Source: Eledone cirrhosa
Taxonomy: Eukaryota
Length of the DNA: 64,000 bases
Assembly (NCBI GenBank): GCA_964016885.1
Contig: OZ024743.1
Span: forward strand, 212,412,001 to 212,476,000
Reading direction: 5' to 3'
How positions within the stretch are numbered: the stretch's first letter is position 1; each line of letters opens with the position of its first letter. The notes under the pieces were generated by a model, which made no database searches, had not been told where the DNA came from, and saw only the letters and a program-made list of their open reading frames with translations. Both the position numbers and the translations under genes were made by a program. Positions 36,355 to 49,733 of the stretch are shown piece after piece.

Positions 36355-38496
36355 GATTTACGTCTCGCGGCTAGGATGTTGGATTCATGTAAAGTCGTAA
36401 ATTCGATTCCTGAACCGGTCGGCGCATTGTGTTCTTGAGCTAGATGCTTTATTATACGTTGCCTTTTTCGATGGGACTTAGACCCCTATAATTAAAACAT
36501 CCGAGAACGCTTCTGTTTAATGTAAACTCGTAGGTGGGTGGGGAACTAAACTTGCACAAGTGTGATTTGTAAATGTCTTGTTTCATTTCATAGAAGATTA
36601 CAGCAAATCTCACTTGTTTTTCTTCTTCCAATGAAGAATTCTTATGAATCTTTCCGATGAAATCACATTTTCTTTGTAGTATTTCTCTAATGAATTTTTA
36701 TTTCCTAATAAATATCCTTTGTGTTTCCCATTCATCTACTTCGGGACGACCGTTCTGATATGTATATTTGATAACTAATATATTTTCGTTGATAGAGAAG
36801 TAACGCTAAAACATTCACAGTGATATATAGATAATATAAGTAAGAAACCTATTTCTTTAAAATATAATTTTACACGCCTGCTCGTGTAACAATATTTGTA
36901 CATTTTTGAGTGTGTTGTACTTCCTATCGCCAACCAATATATAGCATGGACTGAGTGTTTACCATGCCACCAGTATTATTGGGGTTATCTGTCAAGACAA
37001 ATTTCCCCTCAACACAATCAGTTTTTATAGGAGAGCAGTAATGAATAAAAACTGATTTGTCTTGACAGACAACTCCAATAATGCTGGTGGCATCCTTGTG
37101 TTTCGGTCTTCTTCCAGTTACTGCTCCCCTAAATCGGATGCCTTTATTGCGGTTTGTGGTGTACACGTCTATACCCCATCTGGTTATTCACTTCAGTTTT
37201 TTCTTTTTTTTTAGGGTGGGGTGGAGGAAGGGGCTGTGCCCATGGCCGTTGCAGTACTTATCAGATCGATGGAGTATTATTCATGCTGTAGTTGCTCGAC
37301 CTGCTAAAAATAGCAACTAAGTCTCTAAAATCAAAACCTACTGTCTTCTAAAAAGACATTTTGATAATGTTATGCTAAATACGCAATCTGAAAAATGTGG
37401 GATGGTCAGGATTGAAATGCCTTTTGATCATCGATCTGCTTGATTTCCTGAAGCTAAGCAACTACAACATGGTCTGGAAAGAAATTTCAGAATGCCAATG
37501 TTTCAGAAGATATGTTAGAGGTGGTATGGCATTAGCGAATTCTGAGAAGCGCAGGCCACTCTGGTTGTAGTTGTTGAAAAGGCAAAGTATAGAAACAGTG
37601 TGCTTGAGGACGGTCCCCATGATCCTCTCAGGAATAAGTGGCCAAAGATGATTAACATGACAGAAGCAAAAAGACAGACACTTGTTATTTATGTTTCATG
37701 TAAGCAACCCCCCCCCCCCAAAAAAAAAAATCTATTAAAAGCTTACAACAATTTAAATATAATGCAGTGTTGAGACCCTTTAGTTTAACATGACAACTAT
37801 TTTAGTGCTGGTGCCATGAAAAATTCGCCCATTACACTATATAAGTTGGTTGGTGATAGAAAGAGCATCCAGCTGTAGAAACTATGCCAAAAATTAGATG
37901 AGAGGACTCTGTAGTTATGTCAAGTGATTAATATAAAATTTTTCCTTTTATGTTTATACTATAAATTGAAAAAAAATTGTGTCTTTAGTTAAATGTAGAA
38001 TACATGAATTTCTTCCACTAATTTAACAAGCTGTCCTTCACTGTTACATTTTTAGCTACCAGGAAAATAGTAAAAACCACTAGAAACATTCAAGATAATA
38101 CAAAAACTTTAAGTATCCCATATATCCTTCATGTAAATAAAAAAAATATGGAAGAAATCAATTGTAAATTTTTCTATCCAGCAACTGTAAAAACCTAGCC
38201 AAAACACAATCTCGCTTTGAGCAAGATATGGTGCGGCCAATGGGCCAGATCTTCCTCGTAATGGGACCATGCAGCTCCCAAAATATGGTTCCACTATGAG
38301 CAAGGTACAACATGACCAACTGTTCCACACTGTAAATGTGTTAGGTGTTAGGAAGGGCCAACTGGCCAGACTTGTCTCATAACATGGACGACCTGTTTAA
38401 CCCATGCTAGCCTGGAAATATAAGACAATTCAGTTCTATTTTTAAATTCAGCATCTTATGATAAATTTGAAATGAATATATATTATGCATTTTCAG

Positions 38497-38564
38497 ACTA
38501 CAATTGCTGCAGTTGAATTTAATGGAGGTGTTGTCATTGGCGCTGATTCAAGAGCAACAGCCGG
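38497..38564 (+). CDS. PSMB6: PSMB6 exon (starts at catalytic Thr1)
   Basis: ttttcAG|ACT ACA ATT..; [23 protein letters not shown]; donor GG|GTAATT. Confidence 0.95.
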
Positions 38565-41500
38565 GTAATTTTCTAGTTTCTTTATATCTCTGTTTCTGAA
38601 TTTGTTCCTTTAGCCCTTTTAAAACCAAACCTCCTGAAATTGCTCCTGGTTCTACGATATTAAACTGTTTAGGGTGTTTATACCTACTTAAAAACCTTTT
38701 ATTTTATTTCTATGTAAGAATTTTTGTTATGTTCCAAACACCAGCTAAATAATGAGAAACTTACCATATATACTTGAATATAAGCTGAGGACCATGTGAC
38801 CCCCCCCCCCCCCCCCCCAAAAAAAAAAATCGATGGTAGAAGGGGAGCGGGTTTCTGCTAATATTCAGGGCCAATATTTTGACGATTTTCACCAACTTCA
38901 AGCTATGTGTAAATAAGGTTTGGAATTTTGCCCATTTCTCAGGCATAAAATAGTGGGTCAGCTTATATTTGAGTATATACGGTAGTTATATTACTAAATC
39001 ACTTCAAATGTTTATTTTCAAAAATTATTTGAAAATCATATATTGTTTTATGAGAAATATGGTAACGAAAGGTTTAAATTTTTCTTACTATTTTATTGTA
39101 AAATTTTCTATAAAATAACATTATTTTTACTCACTTTGAATTTCAGAGTTTATATAGCAAACCGAGTAACTGATAAATTGACAAAGATCACCGATTACAT
39201 CTATTGTTGCCGATCTGGTTCATCAGCTGATACACAGGCTGTTGCAGATATTGTCCATTACCACCTTAACTTTTACAGGTAAATGTCTTTTAATATTTAA
39301 GAGGCTTGCTGTTGAATCATGTAATGTTGGATTCAGTCCTACTGTGTGGCAATTTGAGCAAGTGTTTTCTACTATAGTTTCAGGCTGACCAATGCTCTGT
39401 GAATGAATTTGGTTGATGGAAACTATAAGGAAGCCTGTGTTGTGTGTGTGAGAAAGTGATCTACTTCAAGTTCTTCTTGAGATCTGTCTTCACTACTTCA
39501 ATATATGTATCATAGTCTCTCTCGACAAATTTCTTCTACTCCGGCTTACCTTATCCATCACCCTAAGGGAGACAGCAAGAACACTTCATGCTAACAGTCT
39601 CCGTTTCCCATCAAGGTTTGTAGGTCATTCTCCTCAATTGCAGTGTCTCTTGCTATGGTATCCAGGTATCTGAGCTTTAGGAGATCTATAACAGTGACCA
39701 GCAAACCTTGTACGATGTTCAATCAGTCATGCACTTACATTTGTGATTTTTCTTTATATCTGATTAAACATGGGATGGGTCTGCTTAGGAATATTTTGAG
39801 CCTTTCTCAGACGGGTACTGTAACATCCATTTAAACAGCACTGTAGACAGGAGGGCAAGGTTCTAGTCTCAGAACTATAGAGAAGGATAGGCTCTACTGT
39901 TGTTCTAAACAGGCTGATTTTAAGTTTGTTTGGTATATTGGATTTCCAAATTTTATCCAGCTTATGAAATGTATTCCAGGCTAGAGCTCTACATATTTAG
40001 AAGACCTTTTCTGAGTTCATTATGAAAGTCTTCTACTTGCTTTAATGGTTTCCTGTTTACTGTGACCATACTAACATCAGATTCTATTGAGATAAACTCA
40101 ATTTTTGAATCATTGCAGTAGAGTCCAACATGAGCAACAGCTGGTTCTAGTGCATGAAGGAGTGATTGGGCATTTGCTACTGAGTTTGTGGGAAGAACCA
40201 AATCATCAGCAAAATCTACATTGGTGACATATTCAGCAGGATATCTCTGCTTTTTCTGGGCTTAAATATTAACCCTTTTGTCTTAATGAAATACATAGGA
40301 TGTAGTCCAGAGCAATTATAAAGAGAAAAGGGGTTAGAAAATCCCTTTGAAGAACCATAGCCACTATATGAAAATATTTTGTTCCTCTGTCTGGGGTTAT
40401 GACATGATTTCTACCCAAGCACTTGGGACTTCTTAAAACAACTGCATTCTCGCATACACATTACCTGCCTGTGTCTTTAGATCTATGACTGAAATATTGC
40501 TGCTGTTGATCAAGACTGTTTTTTTCATTGATAGAGAAGATACTCAGATGTAAACTGGGCGTTTTTGGTGTATTTTTATTTATTTAATAACTTTTCAAAT
40601 GAAATTATTCTTTTGTATTACCTGATTGATAAAAATATGGTTAAAAAATATTGTTTTATGTTGTTTCAACAATTCTTGAGCTATGTTTCTATTTCTATCA
40701 ATGTTGATAATTGATTACTCATACTGCCAGAGTTTATGTCAGGAATAATTTATAGCTATGGATTAATCACTTTTTTTGTTTCTTTGTTATTTTTATAGAA
40801 TGGAAATGGGTGAAGAGCCACGAGTCAATGTTGCTGCCAACATATTCAGAGATCTTTGTTACAATTATAGAGATAGCATCACAGCTGGTATTATAGTGGC
40901 TGGATGGGATAAACAGAAGGGAGGCCAGGTATGTCTTCACATCAATTCATCAATTAAACATCTCGTATCTCTTTTTAACCTAATCTTATTGGAGCTTATC
41001 TCAAGGTGGCTAAGAGACTTTCTTTTTGGTGTATAATCAACACTGTAAATTTCTGGAAAACATTAATTAAACAATACCATTCCGTGGTGCCTATTTACAG
41101 CTTGATGATCTGAGCCATTGAGTATCAAGTCTGATATTATGCAGCATTTCTGACAGGGTATAAACGGTGAATCTTTTTGATATGACCAGTTGCGTTTCTC
41201 TAGTTTTGTCATAATAATTGTGATGTTTATTTAATTTTCAGTTTGTTTTAACTGTATTTTAGTGTATTTTTAATTGTCTTTGGGTCTTTGGTATTGATAA
41301 AGAAATCATTTTGGTTCCAACAGCAGGATTCTCAATGTAGAACCATATTCCAAATGGAATGCAAATTGCTCAACGTAGAACCATATTCCAAATGGAATGC
41401 AAATTGCCCTCATGGCCAAGTTCTCCCTCAGAAGTTCAAAGTTGAAGTCATTTGGCCCATTTTTACTTGAAATGCAACATTGTGAACTCCTATTGAAACT

Positions 41501-44500
41501 GCTGCAACAAAAACAAAATATTTCTTACCTCGTTTTCTTAAAGAAAAACAAAAATATATATTTTTTATTTGTTATATTTCTTTGCCTTGACTTTCTGCAA
41601 CTTCAGAGTTTTTTCTCCAATATCCACCTCTCCAGTTAATAAATATTCGAAGAATTTATAATGTTTTTGATGATAATATTTGGGTCCTATTATTTCTTCT
41701 TTCTTTTTCAGATCTACAGTATCCCACTAGGTGGTATGATCAACCGTATGCCATTTGCTATTGGGGGTTCTGGAAGCATCTATATTTACAGTTATGTGGA
41801 TGCCAATTTCAAGCCCAACATGTCTAAAGAAGAATGCCTGAATTTTACTGCTAATAGTAAATATATTTTGCCTTTCTACTTGAATATAAACATCAATATT
41901 ATCACTGTTTAACATCCATTTTTCTATGCTAGCATGGGTTAGACGAGTTGTCCTGTTGTGAGTCAAGTCAGGTCAGATGACCATGTCTTGCTTAACTGTT
42001 TTTTTATGGATAACTGCTCTTCATACTGCTACTTGCCTAAGAAGTTATTACTGTTGTTTAGATCCATGCCTGAGCAGGCATATGATCAAAGGCCATCCTG
42101 TCTTCCCTATGCATGGTGTAACAGGGACTATATTATCTAATGTATTCTTCCCTTTTTAATAGAATAGGGTGTGATTTTATTCTGGTATGACAAACTACTA
42201 AAATCCATTGACTTCAAGGTAGAAGCTAGCAGGGTTATGATGTTTCCTTGTTAATATCTAACACTTCAGAAGTTTGAAACGGCCAGTAGTTCAATATTTT
42301 AGTATTTTTCCTTGTATATTATGCTGGGATCTCATCTAACTGATATAATCTCTCAGTTCCTAGTTTGATCTTACTATATAGCTCCTTAGATCTTCTAGTG
42401 TAACTTCACCATAAAAAGTTATATCCCTTTATGTGAAAAATATGACAACTTAACTTTTCAATAAAACATGTGCTAGGGTTGATATAATTGACTCAAACCC
42501 TTGATTGGGTTACCACGGCTTGATGACCACTCAGTGTCTGGAACCAGTTAAAAAAAAAGTAGAAATGTATTTCATTAGACATGATTACATAAAAGGTTTT
42601 ATTTTATTTTATTTAGTTTGCAGTGGAAATCTTTGTTTATCCCATTTTATGATAATCTCACATAATTTAGTCAGTTGAAACACTTTTCTCAGTTCTGATT
42701 ATCTCAGCAATTAGTAGACTAATTGAATAAATAGCAAGTAAAGGGGAATCACTCAAAAGTCAGTTGATCAAAATGATTTAATTGACAATGGATATTATAA
42801 TGAATCTGGTGTTACATCTATATTTTGAATGGAACAGACTGTTTCAGTTTGTATAGACCTTTTCAGTGAAACATTCAGCTGATTTGGTAAGACTAAATAT
42901 GTTCAATATATATATATATATATATTGAAAAAGTGGGAATGTAACAACTCTATTAATATCAACAATACAGTTGCGGGAAGAATACTCCAAGGAAACGTTC
43001 TGCATACAAATATAAAAGGTCTAACATAAAATTTTTTTGGATCATTAGGAATTGTTCAAGCAATTAGTTGACAAAAATTCCCTCATTGAATATAGACTGT
43101 ATAGTCTATATTCACAAAAAATATGATCAGTACATTTTTTAGAATTATCTCCCTTGAATGTTAAATTGATCATGTTAGAATAATTAGATTTATTCCATTC
43201 AATTCCAAGTTTTGAATTCTTCCAGGATTAAAGCACAAAGCTTTGACTTTGTCAACGTATCGATAACTGCCTCCCAACAATTGACTCTTCTCTTCAGCCA
43301 GAATTTACTTCAAGCTCTAACAACTAATGTCACTGTAAATAGCTCAGGTGGGTCCTACATTGGAATACTGCTCCCACATCTGAGGCAGTGCTGTTCACAC
43401 TAGCATCTAAACCCATATCCAAGAAAAAATTCTCTTGGCTAATTGGTTTAGAGTAATTCACTGACACTCTTCAGCCTCAGAATCACATACATACTTATTT
43501 CTTCCCTCTGCTTCTATCATTACTACAATGATCTCATCATAGCTAACTAGTCTGATGCACTGGCAATCTTGCCTCTAACTTGTGTTGGGCAGTGCATTCT
43601 TCACTGGGGGAGGTCTTAGCATTTATAGTCATCTGTCTATCTTGTCTTAAAAATTAGTCAATCTGGCTTGTATGTTTACCTGATTGGTAGGCAAAGGCAA
43701 TTAAATAGCTGGCAGATTTCCTGAAGTTGGTATTGCAAATGGTTAATTCATTTGCATCACAGAATTCTAGGAGACTTACTCCTTCATTTCTTGAGCCATA
43801 TCCACTGTGTACTCCTGTGAATCCATCTAGGTACTGCCCAACACGTCTATTGAAGTGGCCAGCCAAGATGTTGAGGTCTCTCATCAGTAACTGAGGTTGT
43901 CTGTAAAAGTTCATCATATAGACGATCTTTACTCAGTCCTGTTTGTGGTGCATAGTAGAGATTATTGTCATCATACTATTGCCTACTAATGCATGCTATT
44001 TTGGAAACATGGACGTTAAATGGTGATGATGATGATAATCTGAGCTTGATAATTCTGTCATTTGTTCTAACTAAATAGATATCAAAACACATCATAAAAA
44101 CATTCGGGAATTTACAACATTGTACCATCTAAACATGTGTTGATTGGTTGTCTTGGCTTATATATGGGGTTTGGAATTTTGCCTATTCTCAGGCATAAAA
44201 TAGGTGATATTGACTTATATTTAGATCAGTTAATACACTAGTGTATATAATAGGGCAAAAGAAATCTTAGTGAATATTAGATATTGGTAAATGTAAGATT
44301 GAAGCATGTGTATATGACATATTGGAATCAAGATCTCATTGATTTTCAGGCAACAGAAAAATATGTTTATAGCTTCCATCCATTATTCTTATATTTATGG
44401 TAGAATGAGTTGGATAATTTTAATTGTATGGTCTTACTGTTTAATTTCTTTACTCTGATATGAGAAGTGTTTAAGACTGAGTCCAACTTGTTGAAAGTTG

Positions 44501-44768
44501 TAATATCATAATCAGTTTCTCAGCATTGTAACCTCATAACCACTGTTCTCCATGTTCTCTCTTTTCTTTCACTTATTTTTTCTATCTCATTATCTTAATG
44601 CAGCTCATCACACTGATCCATTTGTTTTCATTTGCAGGTATTTCCCTAGCCATGACTAGAGATGGTAGTAGTGGTGGAATTATTCGTCTTGCTGCTATTA
44701 CTGACAAGGGTGTAGAGAGAATAACCTTGATTGGTGATGAAATTCCAAAGTTTAATGAATATTGTTAA
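38497..44768 (+). CDS. PSMB6: Proteasome subunit beta type-6 (beta1, caspase-like), 5'-partial; join(<38497..38564,39147..39278,40799..40928,41712..41856,44638..44768), 201 aa mature chain
   Basis: [36 protein letters not shown](S)[30 protein letters not shown]; Thr1/Asp17/Lys33 and beta1-type Arg45 present; splice phases consistent. Confidence 0.95.
38762..38984. mobile_element. Tc2/pogo-like MITE
   Basis: TIRs TACCATATATACTTGAATATAAGCTGA / TCAGCTTATATTTGAGTATATACGGTA. Confidence 0.85.
39147..39278 (+). CDS. PSMB6: PSMB6 exon
   Basis: [43 protein letters not shown]; donor AG|GTAAAT. Confidence 0.96.
39470..40405 (-). mobile_element. RTE-group (RTEX-like) LINE RT remnant
   Basis: [45 protein letters not shown]; same group as 23790..24720. 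Confidence 0.8.
40799..40928 (+). CDS. PSMB6: PSMB6 exon
   Basis: [43 protein letters not shown]; donor CAG|GTATGT. Confidence 0.96.
41712..41856 (+). CDS. PSMB6: PSMB6 exon
   Basis: [48 protein letters not shown]; donor A|GTAAAT. Confidence 0.96.
43450..43990 (-). mobile_element. RTE endonuclease fragment
   Basis: [42 protein letters not shown]. Confidence 0.85.
44638..44768 (+). CDS. PSMB6: PSMB6 terminal exon
   Basis: (S)[42 protein letters not shown]; AATAAA at 44831. Confidence 0.96.
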
Positions 44769-45179
44769 GCAACATAAATCAACTGTAATTTTTCATTTCC
44801 TAATCTCATGATAAATTTTTTTCTTATTCCAATAAAGAAATTAGTACACAAGCTGTTCTTTTCTTCTGTTTTAAATTATCATTATTGTAATCATTGTTAT
44901 CATGAGATGTGGCAATTTTTTTTTAATGGCTTGGTTGGTAGAAGTATACCATGCATAACATTTTGTAGGGGCTCTATGACTGGTAGGATAAAAGAAGGAA
45001 GATACCATAAATCTTGTATTATCTTCAGACCAGATACTTGTAACATTGTGAAGTTTTGCTGCCAGTATCCAGATTTTTCTGAATTTTATTACAACTGTTC
45101 TATTTCTCCACCTCTGAAAATTTAAAGACAATGGAAATTATCATCAACGATTATCTATAAGTCTAAGTGACCATTAGTA

Positions 45180-45445
45180 TAGGGTAAAAAACCCCTTTGG
45201 TCACAAAAGTCCATGGAATTTGCACCTAGAAAGCTCCCCACTGCGGAACAAGACTGGGCAAGGTGTTTTTGTGGAAGACCAGCAGTCACCCATGCATAAG
45301 TCTTCTCTCTCCACACCACCAATGTCCAAGGGAAAGGTAATGGCTGATACAGCTTGGCATCAGTGACATCGCAAGTCATTTCTACAACTGAGTAAACTGG
45401 AGCAACGTGAAATAAAGTGTCTTGCTCAAGGACACAATGCATCAC
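45180..45445 (-). mobile_element. CORE-type SINE variant
   Basis: Core TCCTTGAGCAAGACACTTTATTTCACG plus tail shared with 53700..53790. Confidence 0.7.
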
Positions 45446-45884
45446 TCCATCAGTATAATATACTTTATGTAATACACATATTGTTTCTAATTTTTGAAGA
45501 CTAACTGAAAAGGTATAACATATAAATGTCTGCACTCACATTTTCTATAAATTACTCTCATATTCAATCACACTCAAAACAACCTTATTGACTGTATTAC
45601 ACCCACGGATATTACTGTTACCTTCATGATTCATCATACCATTAATTCTGCTGTCTTACAAAAACATGTCATATATTTGACATCTTTTATATAATAATAG
45701 TGAAGGCGTGTGGCTGAGTGGTTAGAGAATTGGATTTGCAATCGTGAGGTTGTGAGTTCGATTCCCAGACCAGGCGATGCGTTATGTCCTTAAGCAAGTC
45801 ACTATATTTCATGTTGCTCCTTCTATCTGGAGTTGCGACCGATAGATAGTATTAGCAATTGGAAAGACCAATGGAAACATTTTA

Positions 45885-46222
45885 TGGAGGCACATGGCTT
45901 AGTGGTTAGAGCATTGGCCTTGCAATCAAAAGGTTGTGAGTTCAATTCTCAGACCGGGTCATGTATTGTTTCCTTGAGCAAGACACTTTATTTCACATTG
46001 CTCCAGTTCACTCAGCTGTAGAAATGAGATGATAGGGACTGGGGTCCCTATCATTCCACTGCATAGTGGTCGTGGAGGTGCCACGGCAAAAAAGCAGCCA
46101 GCACTCACTGTAAATGGGGTTGGTGTTAGGAATGGCATCCAGCTGCAGAAATCAAGCCAGAATCAGTTCCCGTCCCGCCCTTGCAAGCAGGGAAAAGCTG
46201 ACGTGAAATGAAATGAAATGAA
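45885..46222 (+). mobile_element. Full-length CORE-type SINE family B (head-only copy at 45702..45820)
   Basis: A box TGGCTTAGTGG, B box GAGTTCAATTC, CORE-like block, RTE-like tail with (GAAAT)n. Confidence 0.92.
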
Positions 46223-46559
46223 ATTTGTCAATTCAAACTAATTCTTCTGAAGGTCGTACATTTTTTTCATATTCTTTTATCTTTAAAATTAATTCCTTTG
46301 TCCGGAATTCTTAACATCAATCCTTTGTCCATAACTATAACACCCATCTCTTTGTTGTTTCTCCTAGACTAGAAACATGTAACAACACCAAAATATAATG
46401 CTTTTTGTAATCTGAGTTTATACATTGCTACTCAGTTCATCTATTTTTTTTTACTGTATATTCTGTTTGAAGAGATTGAACTCTTAACTATTCCAAGAAT
46501 GTTCTTCCTTGGAAGAGACATGGCAGTCAGGTGGTAGTATATGACGCATGTATGTGCCT

Positions 46560-48535
46560 CTTCAAGTGCTGAGTTGCAAACCACCGACTTTTCAGGGTTC
46601 AGTTTTTCTCCCATCAACCTTTGACATTCTTCTAAGAAGGTGCCGAACATCTCGATTTTTCGAGGTGTTGGACACCGTCGCGGTGATGTCGTCCGCATAT
46701 GAGTGGGATGCCCTGCAACAGCTCTAATTTCCGCAGTAAAGACTCGAGAGTCAATACGTATAGACGGAAGGAGAGGGGGCATCCTTGATGGAGCGATCAC
46801 GCGATCTGAAACGGTTCCGAAAGGTGGCCATTTATATTGACCACCAAGCAGATACTGCTGTGTATTGCAGCGATCCAGCCTCTGAAGGTATCGGATCTAA
46901 ATTATCAGAGCCCCACCTAAGCCAGATTTACACCCTAACCTCAATATGATGTTTCAGACGAGGTGGAAGTTATGTATGGAACTGGTCGGGATTGTGCAAG
47001 TTTGCGCCAAAATCTTAAGCTCTGTGTTATGGGCCTGAAATTATCTAAAGTATTCATCTTTTTCTCGTCTTTCCTCATCAGCCGGATCACAGAACTGGGA
47101 ATACTCATGTTCTGCTGCCAGTTGCAGTAGACTTTCGAGGAGATCGGAGAACAAGTCTGGCATTTCGATGTAAAACCCGTAGGGCAGACCATCCAAACCG
47201 AGGGAGTTGCAACTTGTGCAACCGACCAAGGCATCCCGAATTTCGGCTGATGTTATCTGCCTTTTGCAGCACAGCATCGGCTGGGGAGATCGCAGGAGGC
47301 CGTCGAGGTAGGAACTGAAGTTCGCCATCGTCTCCGACCCTTCGCCCTCCCCAAACAGTCGAGCAAAGTGCTGGTGAAAGGCTTCACACATGCCTGGAAT
47401 TGTTTAGCACGCATTCGTCTCGGTCTGTCAAATACCGAATCGTGGTTTTGTTACCACGCTGCGCCGCTGCCAAACAGGCCAATTGAACAACTTTCGTTGT
47501 TTCGAACAAGTGCCTTAGCTCTGACAATGCAGGCTTCGTGTTTTGCATTGAAGAAATGGTCTAATGCCATTCTCGCTGCTAGCACTTCAGTTGCAATGTT
47601 GCTTCAAATCACCTCGTCTAATTTAGATACCAGTTCCCCCTCCTTTTTATTTTTTCTAGCGCTACTTCTTTATTAAAGCCTATTGACATTAATCTCTCTC
47701 TTGAGAGCTCCCACCACCTATTGTTGACGACTGCACCATGTCAACCTACACTTACCTAAAGTGGTGACCTTGTCTCTGTACGCTTTAAGTGCCAGGAACA
47801 TGTTCAGCTTCCAGTAACCAGGTTCTAACCTATGTGTCCTACCTAGGTCGACCATACAGATCACAAATTTGTGATCTGAATAGGCAACTGTTTGAAAATG
47901 TGTATAACCTATACTATCCTTATCTACTGACCTAATAACAAAACAAACAAACAAAACTTATCTATATACGATATAGATGACCCTATATGGTTGGTCCAGG
48001 TCCACATTAGGGAAATATTGCCGGTACCCGTCCGACAGTTGGAACTGGCTGATCAGATACTTGAGGCTTTTGCACCCCCGCCCCTATCAACTACTCCCAC
48101 ACAATCCTAGCTTTCGTCTAACGTGCCGTTCCAGCCCCCACTAACAGTAAAGCGCGAGACGTTCCCCGAAAGGCTTCCAGGCGCCTAAAGAAATCGGGTC
48201 GTCCGGCCTCGGTCGGGGCGTAGACAGCCACCAGTCTAAAGGCATCACCTTCGCTATTGTTCACGTTCAGGACCACTAACGTACTGCCCGGGTCCAGGAT
48301 GATCGACCTTACCTTGAGATCCAGACCTTTCCTAAACAGCACTGCCACGCCACCTCGCATTCCTGGCGGACTAAAAGATGCGAAGATCTGATAGTCGTCG
48401 AAATGGGGGCTTGTGCGCGTGTGTTGGAAAACCTGGTCTCACCGATGGCAGTCACATCCATATCTAGTGACCTGAGGTCCTTCAGCTAGCGGCCCTGCAT
48501 CCAGGACGACCCCAGGTCACGCACATTTACACATC
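46560..48535 (-). mobile_element. Tx1/L1-clade LINE ORF2 remnant (endonuclease and start of RT)
   Basis: NVRDLG..ETR, RGGVAVLF, LVAVYAP, SDHKFV, PGYWKLN, SLGLDGLPYGFY, NFRPIT across broken frames. Confidence 0.88.
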
Positions 48536-49733
48536 CTTCTCTTAAGATGGCCAGGAAATGGTGAGTCGAAATATGCGAAGTGGGTAAAAATAAAGATAAA
48601 TATTCATTTACTGAACGTATTGTTATAAAATCTGTCCGACCCTATGGCCGAAAATAATTGGAGGAATGGGAGTTATGATGCCCATCACTTTTGTAACACT
48701 ATTAGCGAGGGAAGTAAAGCTCCTACTATGAAATGGGGTTAAACAGTAGCAGTTCCAGTAGAGAAAGCAGTGGGAAATTGGAGGATTGGTTCATGAGGGC
48801 CTAGTGTTTTACAGACTGGTACAATAGGTTGGTGGTAACGTTATTACAATGCTTTGAAACATAAAGTCATGGCTCTTTACGGCCCGAGTTCAAATCCCGT
48901 TGAAGTTAACTTTGCTTTTCATCCTTAATGGTCGATAAAATAAGGCACCAGTAATGCACTGGCGTAATTGCTGGCCTTGTGCCCAAAGTAGAAACAGTTA
49001 TTACTATTATGTAGCGTGTGTGTATGTGTATGTGTGTCAGCATTAGTAACCCTTTCGTTTGAAGACTGTCACCTACTCCTACCTTGGTATGTCGGCCGTC
49101 AGGATGGAGAAGACATTGTCCCGGTGGACGGCGAGGGAGACACATAGAAACAGTCACTTGACCTCGCATCTGCGGGCAACCAGCTCCGCTCCGATAGCAG
49201 TGAGCTATATGGTCCGGGGGCCAAGAACGCCGGAATTCGGTCCAGCAGCAGCTTACCATATTCGCTGTGACATTTGTCGCTCTGTGAAAAGAATAAATTA
49301 ATTTATGACAACCAATAATGACTGAATCTAGTTAATAGAGGAAAGCAAACGGCGAGTGGTTTGTTATGTGTAAGTCGCCATCTGTTGAAACGATAAACTA
49401 GATAATAATTGTTTCTACTTTTAGCACAAGGCCAGCAATTACCCGGTACTTTATTTTATCGACCCCGTAAGGATGAAAGGCAAAATGATAAACAAATTTG
49501 CTTGCCTTTGCCATTTTCTCTGCTGGGTACAGGAACCTAAGATCTTTGGTCCGGAGCAGATAGTATAAATTTACTACATTCTATAGCAGACCCCGTTACA
49601 AATAACGTGTAATGTACTCCTGGGTACAGTTTTGGCTCGTTCCCACGTTCAAATCTTGTCCCATTGAGTGTGTAATGAAAGTAGCTGGGGCCATAATGAA
49701 TATGATTACTATGGCTTTGATAACCTATATATA

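Noticed and set aside
41331-41406. 38-bp tandem repeat with an internal hairpin, superficially CRISPR-like
   Set aside because: Two adjacent copies with no spacer in a eukaryotic intron; a simple local duplication.
45885-45960. tRNA genes (also 15903, 45702, 54872, 54270)
   Set aside because: A/B boxes only; they continue into SINE or repeat bodies and I could not fold a proper cloverleaf.
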